Below, piece by piece: positions 37,503-50,300 of a stretch of 64,000 nt of DNA (position 1 is the stretch's first letter; every line of letters starts with the position of its first letter). Source of the DNA: Octopus vulgaris (Eukaryota); the NCBI GenBank assembly GCA_951406725.2, contig OX597820.1, positions 52,514,001 through 52,578,000 of the forward strand, given 5' to 3'. The notes beneath the pieces are model-generated. The model was not told where the DNA came from, searched no databases, and was given only the letters and a program-made list of their open reading frames with translations. The position numbers were made by a program, and so were the translations under genes.

Positions 37503-38230
37503 TATATATAGAGAGTATATTTATATATAGAAGGAGCTTACAGATATACATTCAAGAGAAATTTTCTTTGATATATAATAAATTAATATATATATATATA
37601 TATATATATGTAGATATACACATATATGCAACATTGTAAAAAATATATATATACTCACATATGTATGTATGCATGTATGTATCTATGTAGGTATCTATCT
37701 ATATATGTACGTATTTAAATACACATATATAATGATATATGATTTTATATATACGCTAATATCTAACAGTGAGAATGGCTACTGAACACCTCATTGGTAA
37801 TCTGGTTTTCTCACGTATAAAGTAAAGGCATGAAATTATAAGAATCTTTAGAGCGATAACTGACGGAGAACAAGCAAGTAACTTATGTGTAACTTTTCTG
37901 TTTATACCTTTGTTGCGTTTCAGTTAAAATTTGGGAACTTACATATAAACATACATACATACCTACATACATATGTGCACATAAACACACGTATATATAT
38001 ATATATATATGCATGTGTTTGTGTGTGTCTGTGTAAATTGGTTGCAAGTTTCCTGAACAAATCCCATTTTAGGCGATTCCTTATTTCTTTCCACGATGAT
38101 GGAATAGAAAATTTCTATTTCTATTTCTTTGTGGTTTTTTGACCAAAAATCCTTGGATCTCTACTAAAATATATCATTGTGCGCATCTATGTACGTGTGT
38201 ATGCGAGTGGGCGCGCGCGTGTATGTGCCT

Positions 38231-38272
<42 letters not shown>

Positions 38273-38676
38273 TAATGTACACGTGCGCGCACCTATGTAT
38301 GGTACTTAAGATGCATTTCTCGGTATTTGATGGTATCCTTTTACAATATTCAATATAACATATATTTTTTATAATCGCATTTCATATTGAGATAGTGATA
38401 TCAGATATCTATACCCAAACAATTAAAATGTATGAATTTGTTATAGTTAGAATGTGAGGAATAGAGTTCGAAAGAAGGAGAAACAAAACGAAAGTGATAC
38501 AGCGGGGAAGAAAGTGCTTGTGTGCGTGTATGTGTATAAAAGGAATAGAAAAGTGAGAGAGAGAGAGGGAGGCGAGAGAGTGATAGAGAGACGGAGTCAG
38601 ACAGACAGAGCAACTCAATGAATGAGAGTAGAGATAAAGATAGAATGTGTTTGTGTTTGTATATGTCAGCGCGTTT

Positions 38677-38737
<61 letters not shown>

Positions 38738-41412
38738 TGTGTATGTGTGTGGGTGTGGGTGTGGGTGTATGTATGTGTGTGTGTGTGTGTATGTGTGTAC
38801 GTAAGAGAGTACGGGAGAGAAGTGGAAGATGAAGAGGCGAAAGCAGCTATGAGAAATGAGTGAGAATGAATATGCATGAGTATTTATATAGAACTCTCTC
38901 TCTCTCTCTCTCCCCTCTCTTTCCTTTCTCACTCTTTATATTTCTCTCTCTCTCTCTTTCTATTTCTGTCACTCACCATCTCTGTGAGTTCCTGTCTATG
39001 TTTAGGAAAGAGAGAAACAAACCGAGAGTAAGATACAGAGTAGAGTGGGAGAGAGGCAAAAACCAATGTGAAACACAGAAAATAGAGAAGTATATATGTG
39101 AATGTTTGCGTGAATATTTATTAGTGTGTGCATAAATGTATCTACGTATGCGTGTGTGTATCTGTGTTCGTGTATAAATTTCTCATACTTCTTCCTCATT
39201 TGCAAATTTGTTTACGCTATTGACACCGTGTTTGAAACTCATAATCTGTTTTCATTTAAATGCATTATTGGACATGAATATTGTATCTGATATTTTTATA
39301 TCCATTACATTTTCAACAGAGATGTAATAGATATAACTCTGTATAGAAAATTGGGAGAAACGTTTAATTAATGTATTATGAAACCAGAACACTTGAGATC
39401 TTGCTTTATTTTATATAATTTTCTGCCTAGCCTTACAAATATGTAATCTTCTAATCTAAGAACCAATATCGAGTAAAAAATTATTAGGGACACCCCCTGA
39501 GAGAATAAGCAACAGCAGTACTAAAGGAGCTAACACAATGTAGAGAAATACTCAAAATTACTCTTGTAGGGTGCACATAAAAATAAGCTTCATATTTCTG
39601 GCCAAGAAAAGCAAGAGAGACAATTGCGATATTTAAATATATTAAAATAAACTAAATAGCGAAGGCAACAGTGAGTGAGTCTTCTTATTTTCAATATGGC
39701 CACACGTCTTGGTTTTATTACACCTCCTCAGTGAGATATTGTGTTACTCTGAAATCAGTATCATACTCACGGGTTACAATATAGAAACTGTAAGGTTCCT
39801 TCTCCAGTCGCATTAAATATACACCAGTCTTTCTCGCTTAGGGATGAGACACATAAAGATCACTTAGTGAGGCAACTTAGCTAGATCTGCTAACAACAGA
39901 GATGCTAGAATGTTTTCTAGTAAGTATGGTAGTAGCTTTGTTTTTAGCAAACATTTAAGACAGCAAGAAACCACTGGTGTGTGACGTAGAATAGAAAATT
40001 TTGCTTAAAATCTAACGCTAACAGATTGAAGATCGTAAAAGAAAAAAGGGTGGGAAGGAGAGTGGGGAGAAGACAGAAAGAAATGTAGACAAACAGATAC
40101 ATATAGAAAATTACAAATAGCGATATTTTGAAAGTGATTAAGAACGTAGTTGTTTACTATGGTTTCTGTCAATAAAGCTTCTCTATTTGGTTTATGTTTA
40201 TGAAAAGCGAATATACGTGTATAAGATCGAGGTCGTAGGCTAGAGGTTTACATCTATGCAGTTTCTCTTGAAACAGAAGACCGTATTGCACTTTGTCCTG
40301 ACACTTTCTGTACACCCGAACAATGCGAGTTACATTTGTATTCAGAATGATGACTTGACTGAATTAATACTAATCTTGGCATCACCTCATTAAGTATGAT
40401 TTACTTTCATGCAGCAGACGTTGCTGGGTAAATCCCACGGTTATTATTTTATAGAATGTTAGTGAACAGAGTTAAGAAACCTGTATGTCTAAGGAATTGA
40501 TCACACTTTCATTAGATGTGATTAGTGTGTGCATGTGTGAGTGCGGTTGTGTGTGTATGTGTGTGTGTGTATGCATGCGGGTATGTATGTGTGTATGTAT
40601 GCGCGCGCGTATGTTTCTACTACAGAAAGAAATATTGAAGAATTCGGTTGTGATAGAAGGTAGTTCTGCAGCCAATACTTTTGAATCTTTCATTAAAATG
40701 TCTCAACTAATTTTACTGAAAATTATTCCTTCCACTTCTCAACAACAAAATCATACACTGCCCTTCCTATTTTGCCACAAACTCCCAGCTACGCATACCT
40801 AGAGGCCGTCTTCTAATTACACCGCCATTTATACACACACGCCAAATACAAAATAATATTTGATCGCTTCCAACCAACTAGCTCTCCGATCCTGACCGTG
40901 TCCCTTCCATTACCCACAAACATTGAGCTCCAGAACCAGCCCCCCCTTTTTTTTTTTACCAAACTTTACACTTCTCCCTTCTATTTCGAATTTATCTGTT
41001 GTTTTTCCTGATAATCATCTAGCATAAGTTGTTGCGAAGTTAAACTTCAACGCTACGTAAGTTAATTTCTTAAGATTTTAAGATTTCAGGGTGTTTGTTA
41101 GTTTAATTTATGTTAGTCATGGAGGGCTATACCTTGTATAGCTCTTATAACTTGCAACACAAATTACTGAAGGCGTCAACGTGGGTCAGAATGAATTTGC
41201 ATTTGTAGCAAATAATAATTAACGCGGAATTTGCTGGAGCTAAATAAGATATGCTGATTTCAACTAGCACCCTTCCATATGCCTCTTAATTTAATTAGGA
41301 GCTAACTGGAATAAGTGAACTAGAAGGGCCTAAATTAAATTGCAATTTTGAAAGTCAGTGCTTGCGTTTTATCGCAATTCCAAACTAAAGATGATTTACG
41401 ACGATATCATAT

Positions 41413-42024
41413 ACTCTTTTACTCTTTACTCTTTTACTTGTTTCAGTCATTTGACTGCGGCCATGCTGGATCACCGCCTTTAGTCGAGCAAATCGACCCC
41501 GGGACTTATTCTTTGTAAGCCCAGTACTTATTCTATCGGTCTCTTTTGCCGAACCGCTAAGTGACGGGGACGTAAATACACCAGCATCGGTTGTCAAGCA
41601 ATGCTAGGGGGACAAACACAGACACACAAACACACACACACACACACACACATACATATATATATACCTTGGATTTTCTTTACCTCTTGGATACTTACAT
41701 CGGCTGCACCTCTCTTTCGCGGATCAAAGTGACTTTGCATTGATGTGAAATCCTTAAAAAATATACCACGACGTCTACACATTTCTCACCTTGAACTTTC
41801 AACCTTGAACTTGTTCGCATAAACTGTCCCGTTTGTTGTATTTTTATTTTCTCTTATATTTCTTTCTGTGTTTTTCTCTCTCTGTGTATCTTTCTGTTGA
41901 AGAGCGTAGGCTCGAAACGTTAAAGACTTGTTTTATTTTATATTTCCTGAGCGCCATACTAATACAATTGTTCGTTTGTTTTCCACCTGCCTTCGTCTTT
42001 TGTTTATTTTCATAAAGCTTCCCG

Positions 42025-42073
<49 letters not shown>

Positions 42074-42240
42074 TACGACAGGCTTCTTTCAAGTTTCCGT
42101 CTACCAAATCCATTCACAAGGCATTGGTCGGCCCGGGGCTATAGCAGAAGACACTTGCCCAAGATGCCACGCAGTGGGACTGAACCCGGAACCATGTGGT
42201 TGGTTAGCAAGCTACTTACCACACAGCCACTCCTGCGCCT
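41413..42240 (-). mobile_element. SINE family A split by an insertion in its internal microsatellite
   Basis: The 3' half (41413-41625) and 5' head/body (42073-42240) are both on the minus strand. An unrelated segment at 41668-42025 lies between (CA)/(TA) tracts. Confidence 0.85.
41889..41926 (+). ncRNA. Hammerhead-like motif with a non-canonical core (CTGTTGA)
   Basis: tcttt-CTGTTGA-a-gagc(gtag)gctc-GAAAC-GTT-aaaga. Stems I and II are perfect and stem III is palindromic, but core A6 is T. Confidence 0.55.
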
Positions 42241-42936
42241 ATGAACCATTTCAAATGCAAACATGCTCCTAGAATTTCTACTTATATTTAAAAGATACAA
42301 TACAATCTTTTTTTTTTCTCTCTGAAGTGATTCTTTGTGTTTAAAACTAACCAAAAATACAACCTATCCCAGAAACAATATAATGTACTGATGTGTGCTG
42401 GTTGAACTAAGATTTCCTGCTCTTGGTGAATGACATTAGATCTCTGGCCCAGACTGCCCGGCTCCAAAGTTGTGAGACTTGTACAGGGTCCGGTGCCAGT
42501 ACGATTCGTAGGTTTGTGGCTAACCATCATTAGAATTTCGTATCTAATCATCAACTTTAATCAAAAAGTGAGATGCGTTACTTGTATGATTCGGAAATAT
42601 CAATTCAGAAGGTTTAACCAGGATGTTTGATGCTTGATGTTAGATCCTGCATACCGTATTCTCTTCACTGAGAATCAGGCCGGGTTGATGGCTCGTGTTG
42701 ATCGACCACACGCCACATGGTCACGGCAGATGAGGAGATATCTTGTGGAACTGAGTACCGACTGGGATTCTGCTTGATGGGTTGTCTGGGAGGACCTAAG
42801 AATATACCGACAAATGGTCAATGCATCAACACACTGCAAAAGCGCATGTTTCCACATCTGACTTGATTCGTGCAAACGTGTATGTATGTGTGTGAGTGTG
42901 AATGTATGCATGCGTATGTGTGTACAAAAATACTTG

Positions 42937-42979
<43 letters not shown>

Positions 42980-42980
<1 letters not shown>

Positions 42981-43154
42981 GAAATATTAAAATTACTAAG
43001 TCTCTTTAAAAGAGATTACGACAGCGTTTCTGGAAATTAATAGTTATCGCCATACTAATATGGCATTCTTAAAAATAAGAATAAAGCTGTCGCTGATTAG
43101 CTCCATGAAGCCATCGCATCAAGCTAGCTACTTGACACACAAACTGCGTCCGTT

Positions 43155-43155
<1 letters not shown>
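42980..43155 (+). repeat. Partial third copy of the 44.0-44.55 kb repeat family
   Basis: gaaatattaaaattactaagtctct..taatagttatcgcca..gattagctc..tgacac matches 43992-44165. Confidence 0.75.
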
Positions 43156-43239
<84 letters not shown>

Positions 43240-43439
43240 CAGACAGGCAGGCAGATATACACACACGCGCAAACAAATATATACTGTTATCTAAAAGCCT
43301 ATGTTTCCGAGAGCATGCATTCTTACGCAGATCGTTTGCGCAAAATTTCACGATTTTATGTCGCCTTTTTTCAGAAACAGCTTCATGTATTGGTGAACAG
43401 TAAACGACGTTGTACAACATACCGATTGAAGTTGTAGTT

Positions 43440-43920
43440 GAGAAAATGGTAGTTGACATGGAGTGCTGGAAACAAATTATTGGAATATTGGAAAAGAGTT
43501 ACTTGTATCAAGATGATTTGTACCAGCTATCAAAATGCCGACATGATGCTTCCTGCACGAAACTCTGGGAATACTGTAAATGTTATAAGGCATAAGATGG
43601 ACAGCTGCAGTGGAGACATACGAAGCTGTGATCGCATGTCAACAAGCCATGTAATGTCCCACGTAACATGAAAACCAAGTTACCTCAAACAATCATGATC
43701 AGAGCATTAGATTCAACTTCAGGCGACTATGTATGGTTGAGGAAGACACCAGCCGCTCTTCCCTCAACATGAAGGTTATGCTGGGGTGGGGCTCTGGATA
43801 ATATCAAGGAGCTGTTGGAAGATGGTCCTAGATACACAGTGAACGCATGCGTCAGATTCCGCAGCTGTCTTGAGTCTGTGGTGAAAGCTGACGGCGGCTA
43901 TACTGAAAATATTAGTATCC
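43440..43920 (+). mobile_element. Internally deleted Tc1/mariner-superfamily remnant (DD37D/maT-like)
   Basis: Remnants MKTKLPQTIM and DYVW..E.DT, plus the C-terminal NACVRFRSCLESVVKADGGYTE (AC.RFR.RLE.V..A.GGY.E pattern). Confidence 0.55.
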
Positions 43921-43991
43921 CACCTTCATAATCTAGTTGATATTTTTAGGTATTTTATAATAATTTAATTTTTGGATGGGATATTCAACTA

Positions 43992-44553
43992 TAGAATTAT
44001 TAATATTTCTAAGTCTCTCTAAAGGAGACTACGGCAGCGGTACTGGATATTAATTGTTATCGCCAAGCTAACATGGCAATCCAGAAAAATAGGACGAATG
44101 CTGCCATTGATTAGCTCTAAGAGGCCATTACCTCTAGATATGTGACACAGGAACATGTGTCCATTATAACCTTCGAACAGGGGAGATCAGCCGCTTCCCC
44201 TTGCTGGTCTAGCATCTACAGACTAGTATCAGGGTATTTGCACCTTAGAAATATTAATATTTCTATTTTTGAGAACTAGTAGATGTATTCCATTGGATTT
44301 TATATAAATAATCCTTCGAACAGACAGTCAGTAGCAACACCTGCTGAGTTCGGCTGCTCTACATTGATAAGGGTAAATACCCTGAAACTAGTCTGTAGAT
44401 GCCAGACCAGCAAAGGGAAGCGGCTGACCTCCCCTGATCGAAAGTTATAATGGACACAGGTTCGTGTGTCACATAGCTAGCTAGAGGCGATGGCGGCAGC
44501 ATTCGTCCTATTGTTCTGGACTACCATGTAAGCTTGGTGATAACTATTAATAT
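43992..44553. repeat. Long inverted repeat pair (arms ~44047-44246 and ~44369-44553), Penelope-terminal-repeat-like
   Basis: The arms are reverse complements (e.g. ggggagatcagccgcttccccttgctggtctagcatctacagactagt versus actagtctgtagatgccagaccagcaaagggaagcggctgacctcccc). A hammerhead motif overlaps the start of the right arm. Confidence 0.85.
44358..44399 (+). ncRNA. Type I hammerhead motif, U3-A8 core variant
   Basis: tctaca-TTGATAA-gggt(aaat)accc-t-GAAAC-ta-GTC-tgtaga. Stem I has 6 bp, stem II has 4 bp, stem III is the palindrome ACTAGT, and the cleavage triplet is GUC. Confidence 0.65.
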
Positions 44554-44921
44554 ATTCACCTATCTTTTTCTGTTATACAGATTATTTAAACCAGCGCGAA
44601 CACTCTGTGTTGGTTAATGGAATGAATGTCACATTATTTACAGAATACAAAATTACGTACTTATAATAGCCAAATTAACTATTAGTTTCATACCAGAAGT
44701 AGAGAAGCAACCCTGCCAATCATCAGAAATTGTTGAAAAATTACTGGAGAAAAGTGTCAAAAAGGTAAAGCTATTCCTTTCCGCTATTTCTGGTGATTCT
44801 CGGGCTAGGTTCTCCACTTCTGGCTTATACTTGGCAGTTATGCGATTATAAATTTGAATTGTATTAATAATATTAAGTGTGTGTATATGTGTGAGTGTGT
44901 GTGCATGCTTGCATGTGTGAA

Positions 44922-44953
<32 letters not shown>

Positions 44954-45346
44954 TGTGTGTGTGTGTCTGTGTGTGTGTTAGTAAGTAGGTGGGTACATGG
45001 ATATACAAATGAATAGAAAGGCCGAATGAGATACGATTACACGAAGAAGAGCATAAGTTCATGGGAAGAAAGATAATTAATAACACATGAAATACGACAA
45101 GCAAAACACGTGTTGATACGAGGCAAAAAACAAAACAAAGACAAAATCAAATGTGTATGCAATGAAATTAATCCGTCAAAGAGGTTCTAATATTACTTTA
45201 TCAAAGGAAAGTAAATGCAAAAGTAATTAGAGAGATAGAAGAAAAACATTGGAATTAATCGATATCGAGTTTACGACGCTTGCATCATGTGTGTGTGTTG
45301 GGGGGTGTGTGTGGATGTATGTATGCATATAGCTAGCTAGATTCAG

Positions 45347-45399
<53 letters not shown>

Positions 45400-45401
45400 C
45401 A

Positions 45402-45435
<34 letters not shown>

Positions 45436-45700
45436 CATACATACATAGGCAGACAGACAGACACGCACGCACTTACACCTAGTTGTTGGTGTTAATGTGT
45501 TGCCATTAGAATGGATATTTCTTGCTACAGAAGATTACCGAGACCGAACTATGTTTCTTGCTTTCACCTTTTAGCCTTAAAGAGCGGATCTATTCCCGTC
45601 TACACTCTTTTCTCAGTTGTCAGAATTTAAACTCCTTCAGTTATTCGAGTCTTCTTCCATTTCTCTCCTTTACTATTTCTCGCTTTCTCTCTGTCTTTCC

Positions 45701-45749
<49 letters not shown>

Positions 45750-47431
45750 GGGGCAGTGTCAAGTTAATTCCAAATGTATCTTAACGGGAAAGTCGAACAC
45801 TGATCTATCAATTACCAATGCATTAGTTCTACAAGGCTCAGTACTTATGCTAGTTATGTTCTTACGCTTCAAACTAGCCTAATTAATGTGTATGAAATGA
45901 ACTATGCATTTACACCGATGGTTCCTCATTATTTGCACCAGCAAGATAAAAAAAAACAGCGATGCAATAACCCATACCTTGACCAGAGACATTGACAACA
46001 TAAAACATTTCGGCAGACGTTCCTAAAAGTAAAACTTGTTCCATGAAGATGCAAGTCAATGATTCTTTGAAAGAATAGAAATGTATAAAATAGTACATCG
46101 TGATTTTTAATAAATGTAGGGCAACTATGACAAACGATGGAGATTCTGGTAGTAATAATCGAGAGCTTGGAGGGATGGGCAGATAATATTTTGTCAGTAT
46201 GCAATAGAGCCATACAGAGGTTTGTAGGCAATTCAAATTGTAGGCACGCTGCACAAGAAAAGATAACTCAAAATTTACAAGGTTTGAGTCCGTTTGGTTA
46301 ACGCTTGTTAATGCCGCATGAATACCTCACACTCACACTCAAGTAAGTCACTGTTCACCAAAGCACTTGAAATCACTCGAGTTTATGGAGCTCGTACCGG
46401 GAATTAAAACCACAAGGGCAACAGTTCTCTAAAAATTCGCACAATCTAAAGCCCAGCGAAATCAAAACAATATTACGACTGAAATACGAAAATCTTAGTC
46501 TACAAGAGTCAGTGTATGCCTGATAACGTGGTCTCTTAATACCTTCTGTATTTCGATTATCAAAATTCAAAACAAACAATGTAGTGAATATCATTATGAG
46601 TTGGGATCAGGAAAACGGAGATCTGAGCATGGGTACGCAAACGGCTGTGCGAATTTTAGCATTAACCGTCCCAGGGTACTAGAAATTGACCTTTCAGGGT
46701 TGGATACTGATTGAAAATATCAAATGACCTTGATGTTCCTTAGAGGGTGGGTGAAAAGACTCTTCCAGGCTGCTTATTTAATAAGGTATCGTTAGAGAAG
46801 AGGATGCCGTAAGCTTTTTTCCAGGTACAGACTTCTAAACAAGTTGGTAATTTATTTGTTCCTATTGATGTCGTATTTTCCTACATCTTTCAATATGCGG
46901 TAATTAGGAATTTAAAAAGGAAACAGTGATACATGATGTGCTAGTGTTATCTGAGTGGACGTACAACCTCGGAGATTCCTTTACTCGCGTGATTCTTCTG
47001 TCGAGATAAGCTTCGATGTAGTTTCTTCAGTTTCTAAATTTCAAAGAAACAATTCCTTTCAAAACATCTTGGTTAACCTTCAAAACAGACCCAAAATCGA
47101 TTTATTTTTGCTGGTGTGACATGTCGATTTGGTCTCCAAAAACTGTTCTTTATTACGCTTTAATATTTCATTGATTTTTCAAAGCCTTTCTTTGACAGCG
47201 TGATATTTTATAGAAGAATGGATTGCTTTTTCCCGGTAATAATGGAGCTGTTTTTAAAGGTACTGACAGTAATATACGGAGGTTGTTCAGTATATTAAAC
47301 TGAATTTCATACCTGTAATGCTAGTTACTCTAACGGCCACGTATCGTTCAATAGTTTATAATACGCTCTGATAGCTCCAAACTAATATATGTATGTGTGT
47401 GTGCGTGTGCGTTTGTGAGAGAGAGAGAGAG

Positions 47432-47496
<65 letters not shown>

Positions 47497-48154
47497 ATAC
47501 TCATATGTACACATATATACATATATATTTATACATATATATATATATATACATATATACATACATATATTACATATATGCATACATATATATACATATA
47601 TACATACACATATATACATATATATATGCTTACACATACATACATATTAAACGAATACTGAAAACGGAGAAGAACCGTTGAACAGGATATACAGAAAAAT
47701 CAAAACCACGCAAATAAATAATGTTGGTGTGTTGCTATTCGTCTCAAAAAGGTCAATTTCATGCTTCATTAGGCGAGTTTGTTGGTATGTGAAACGGCTG
47801 TAGGCAAAGACCATACGTAAATCACTGAACGAATCAATATTAGACACTGGCCTAATGATACAGGCAGCCATATGTGCCTGTATACATACATTCTCTCAGA
47901 TGTTTTTCTTTATCATTTAGCTACCTCATAATTGTACCCATTGTTTGGTTCTTTTCTATATATTTTAGAGAAATAATTATCTCTCTAGTTCGTTATTGAT
48001 ATTGATTTTCTTGCGTCCATACTGATATAGATTTTTTTTCTTCTAATCTATTTATGTATATTTATAGACATATTTATCACGAATACATTCACACGAGGTG
48101 TACGTGAACTGTGCAGACACAGACAAGAACACACAGACTCGTACACACATATTT

Positions 48155-48335
48155 TTTACTTGTTTCAATCATTAGACTGCGGCCATGCTAGAGTACAGCC
48201 TAGGGGATCTTTTAGTCGAATAAATTGACCCCAGTACTTATTCTATCGATTTCTTTTCCCGAACTGCTAGGTAACAGGGATCTAAAAACACCAACACCAG
48301 TTTTCAAGCGGTGGTGGTTGGGGAGACAGAGACAC

Positions 48336-48389
<54 letters not shown>

Positions 48390-49800
48390 ACACACTCACA
48401 CTCACACACACAGACACACACACATACAAATATATTCACAGATGACAGAAGAAAATAAACAACCGTTAAAATTTATTTCGATCTGAAATTATACATTAAA
48501 ATTATTTATTATTATCATGTAAATATCTAATAGTTAGTAGACATACCCATTGTATTTTTCAATGCAAGGACCCTATTAGACATGCTACTGGTCAGATGAC
48601 GAATATTCTTTAGAGGAATATCTTGCCAAATTTTATGCCGTAATCTCAACAGATCTGGCTTTGGAGATGATTTCTTGTTCTTTTTAAGAGTTGCCTTCTT
48701 TATTATGACCCAGAGATGTTCAATAGGTTTCACATCTAGTTACTGGCTTGGTCAGGGAAGCTTTTTACAACCATTCTCTTCCAACCAATCTTGGGTCTTT
48801 TTCGCATGTGACAAGGAGCCCCACCTTCCATAAATAAAGTCTTCTCTAATCATTTCACCACTGGTGTAGATTGGAAGGAGTCCATCTGCAATAAGGACAC
48901 ATATTTATCTGAGTTTGTTTCCTTTACACTCCATCAGCTCTAATCCACCATAGCTCTAAATTGCTCCCCGAACCTTCACAGAATAGCTTCCGTGTTTCAT
49001 TGTTGGCTGCAATATTTTACGTCAAATTCTTGATCACAGAGTCCCCAGACCAACACTCAGCTACTGTCAGAAAATACAGCAAATCTGGACTCATCAGAGA
49101 ATAAGACAAGTGTCCAAAAATGCTGGTGGCCTCGTCTCCATCTCAGTGGGCCAATCATTTCTCCATTTGATATTGGCTGGTGGAAGAAGCCTTTTTTGTT
49201 TCTCCGGCATAGTAGCCAAGTTTGTGGAGACACCTAGCAACTAGTTCTGCTGTGTAAAAGGCCTTGCAACTAGGATTATCCTCCACACTTCCCTTAACAA
49301 AGCGAAGCGTCCGATCAGAATACTCTGGTCGACCTAGGGGAGGTAATGTGGATTCATTCCCCTCTCAAGTAAATTGTACAATCACTGATTTAACTGTAGA
49401 AAGCAGGATCCCAAGGTCTTCTGTAATTTTACGCTAAGTCCAACTAGAGATTGACCCACAGTACAACTTTTCAAATTCGGACAGTTCCAGGGCATTTTTT
49501 GCAAGTGGCATGATTAAAGAGTCGCATTTAGAACCTGAAGCATAAAAATGTCAATTAATAAAATATATTAACCTTTTCAAGTTAAAATAAACATAAAATG
49601 ATGTTTTGTGGGGTGTCTATTTACTTCTGTTATGTCTATGTATATATCTGTATATACAACAGGCTTCTTTAGGTTTCCGTTTATCATATCCACTCACATG
49701 GCTTTGGTCGGCATTGGGCTATAGAATAAGAAACTTTTCCAAAGTTTCATGAAGTGAGACTGAACCCGGAACCAAGCTTCTTACCACACAGCCACGCCAG
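48155..49800 (-). mobile_element. SINE family A interrupted by a Tc1 element
   Basis: The 3' half (48155-48335) and 5' part (49655-49800) are on the minus strand and flank the Tc1 at the internal microsatellite. Confidence 0.75.
48437..49638 (-). mobile_element. Defective Tc1 (DD34E) transposon, copy 1
   Basis: TIR-like ends gatgacagaagaaaataaacaacc / ggtgtctatttacttctgttatgtc. The transposase pseudogene (48527-49511) has a paired-like N-terminus, FSDESRF, FMEGGAP, KPIEHLW and SMSNRV..GMSTNY*. Confidence 0.85.
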
Positions 49801-49904
49801 ACATGTTTTGCATTAAACATTCGTATATATATGTATGTAATATATGTGAGCTTGTGTGCGGGTGATACACTCACAAGAACGCGCACGTACTCCCGCAACT
49901 GCAC

Positions 49905-50000
49905 GGGCATGTGGCGTAGTGGTTAAGAGCGTGAGCTACTAACCCCAAGATTCCGAGTTCGATCCCGGGCAGTGACCTGAATAATAATAATAATAATAAT

Positions 50001-50031
<31 letters not shown>

Positions 50032-50205
50032 TAACTTAGGAATGAGAACCCATGTTCGAAATTTCCCCAGGACACCTGATGAAGGTTGGGGGGGGGGGTA
50101 TATCAGCCGAAACGTTGTGTTAACAATAAGATGAGGACAAATATCCGTCAATTGTAAATAATGTAAATTAATATACATAATTCCTCATCTTTTAAATACA
50201 GAACT
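49905..50205 (+). mobile_element. Full copy of the tRNA-headed, hammerhead-containing SINE-like element (family H)
   Basis: A box tggcgtagtgg (49912-49922), B box gagttcgatcc (49955-49965), (AAT)/(AAC)n at 49980-50032, a body with a hammerhead at 50071-50121, and an AT-rich end. Confidence 0.88.
50071..50121 (+). ncRNA. Minimal type I hammerhead ribozyme motif
   Basis: gacac-CTGATGA-a-ggttg(...)cagcc-GAAAC-GTT-gtgtt, the same as 36671-36716 but with a G-U wobble in stem II and a poly-G loop. Confidence 0.75.
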
Positions 50206-50233
50206 GAACTGACACACATATATGTATGTATAT

Positions 50234-50298
<65 letters not shown>

Positions 50299-50300
<2 letters not shown>

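Noticed and set aside
49905-49977. Possible genuine tRNA gene
   Set aside because: The acceptor and anticodon stems pair poorly, there is no oligo-T terminator, and it is fused to the same repeat body in two places, so it is a SINE head.
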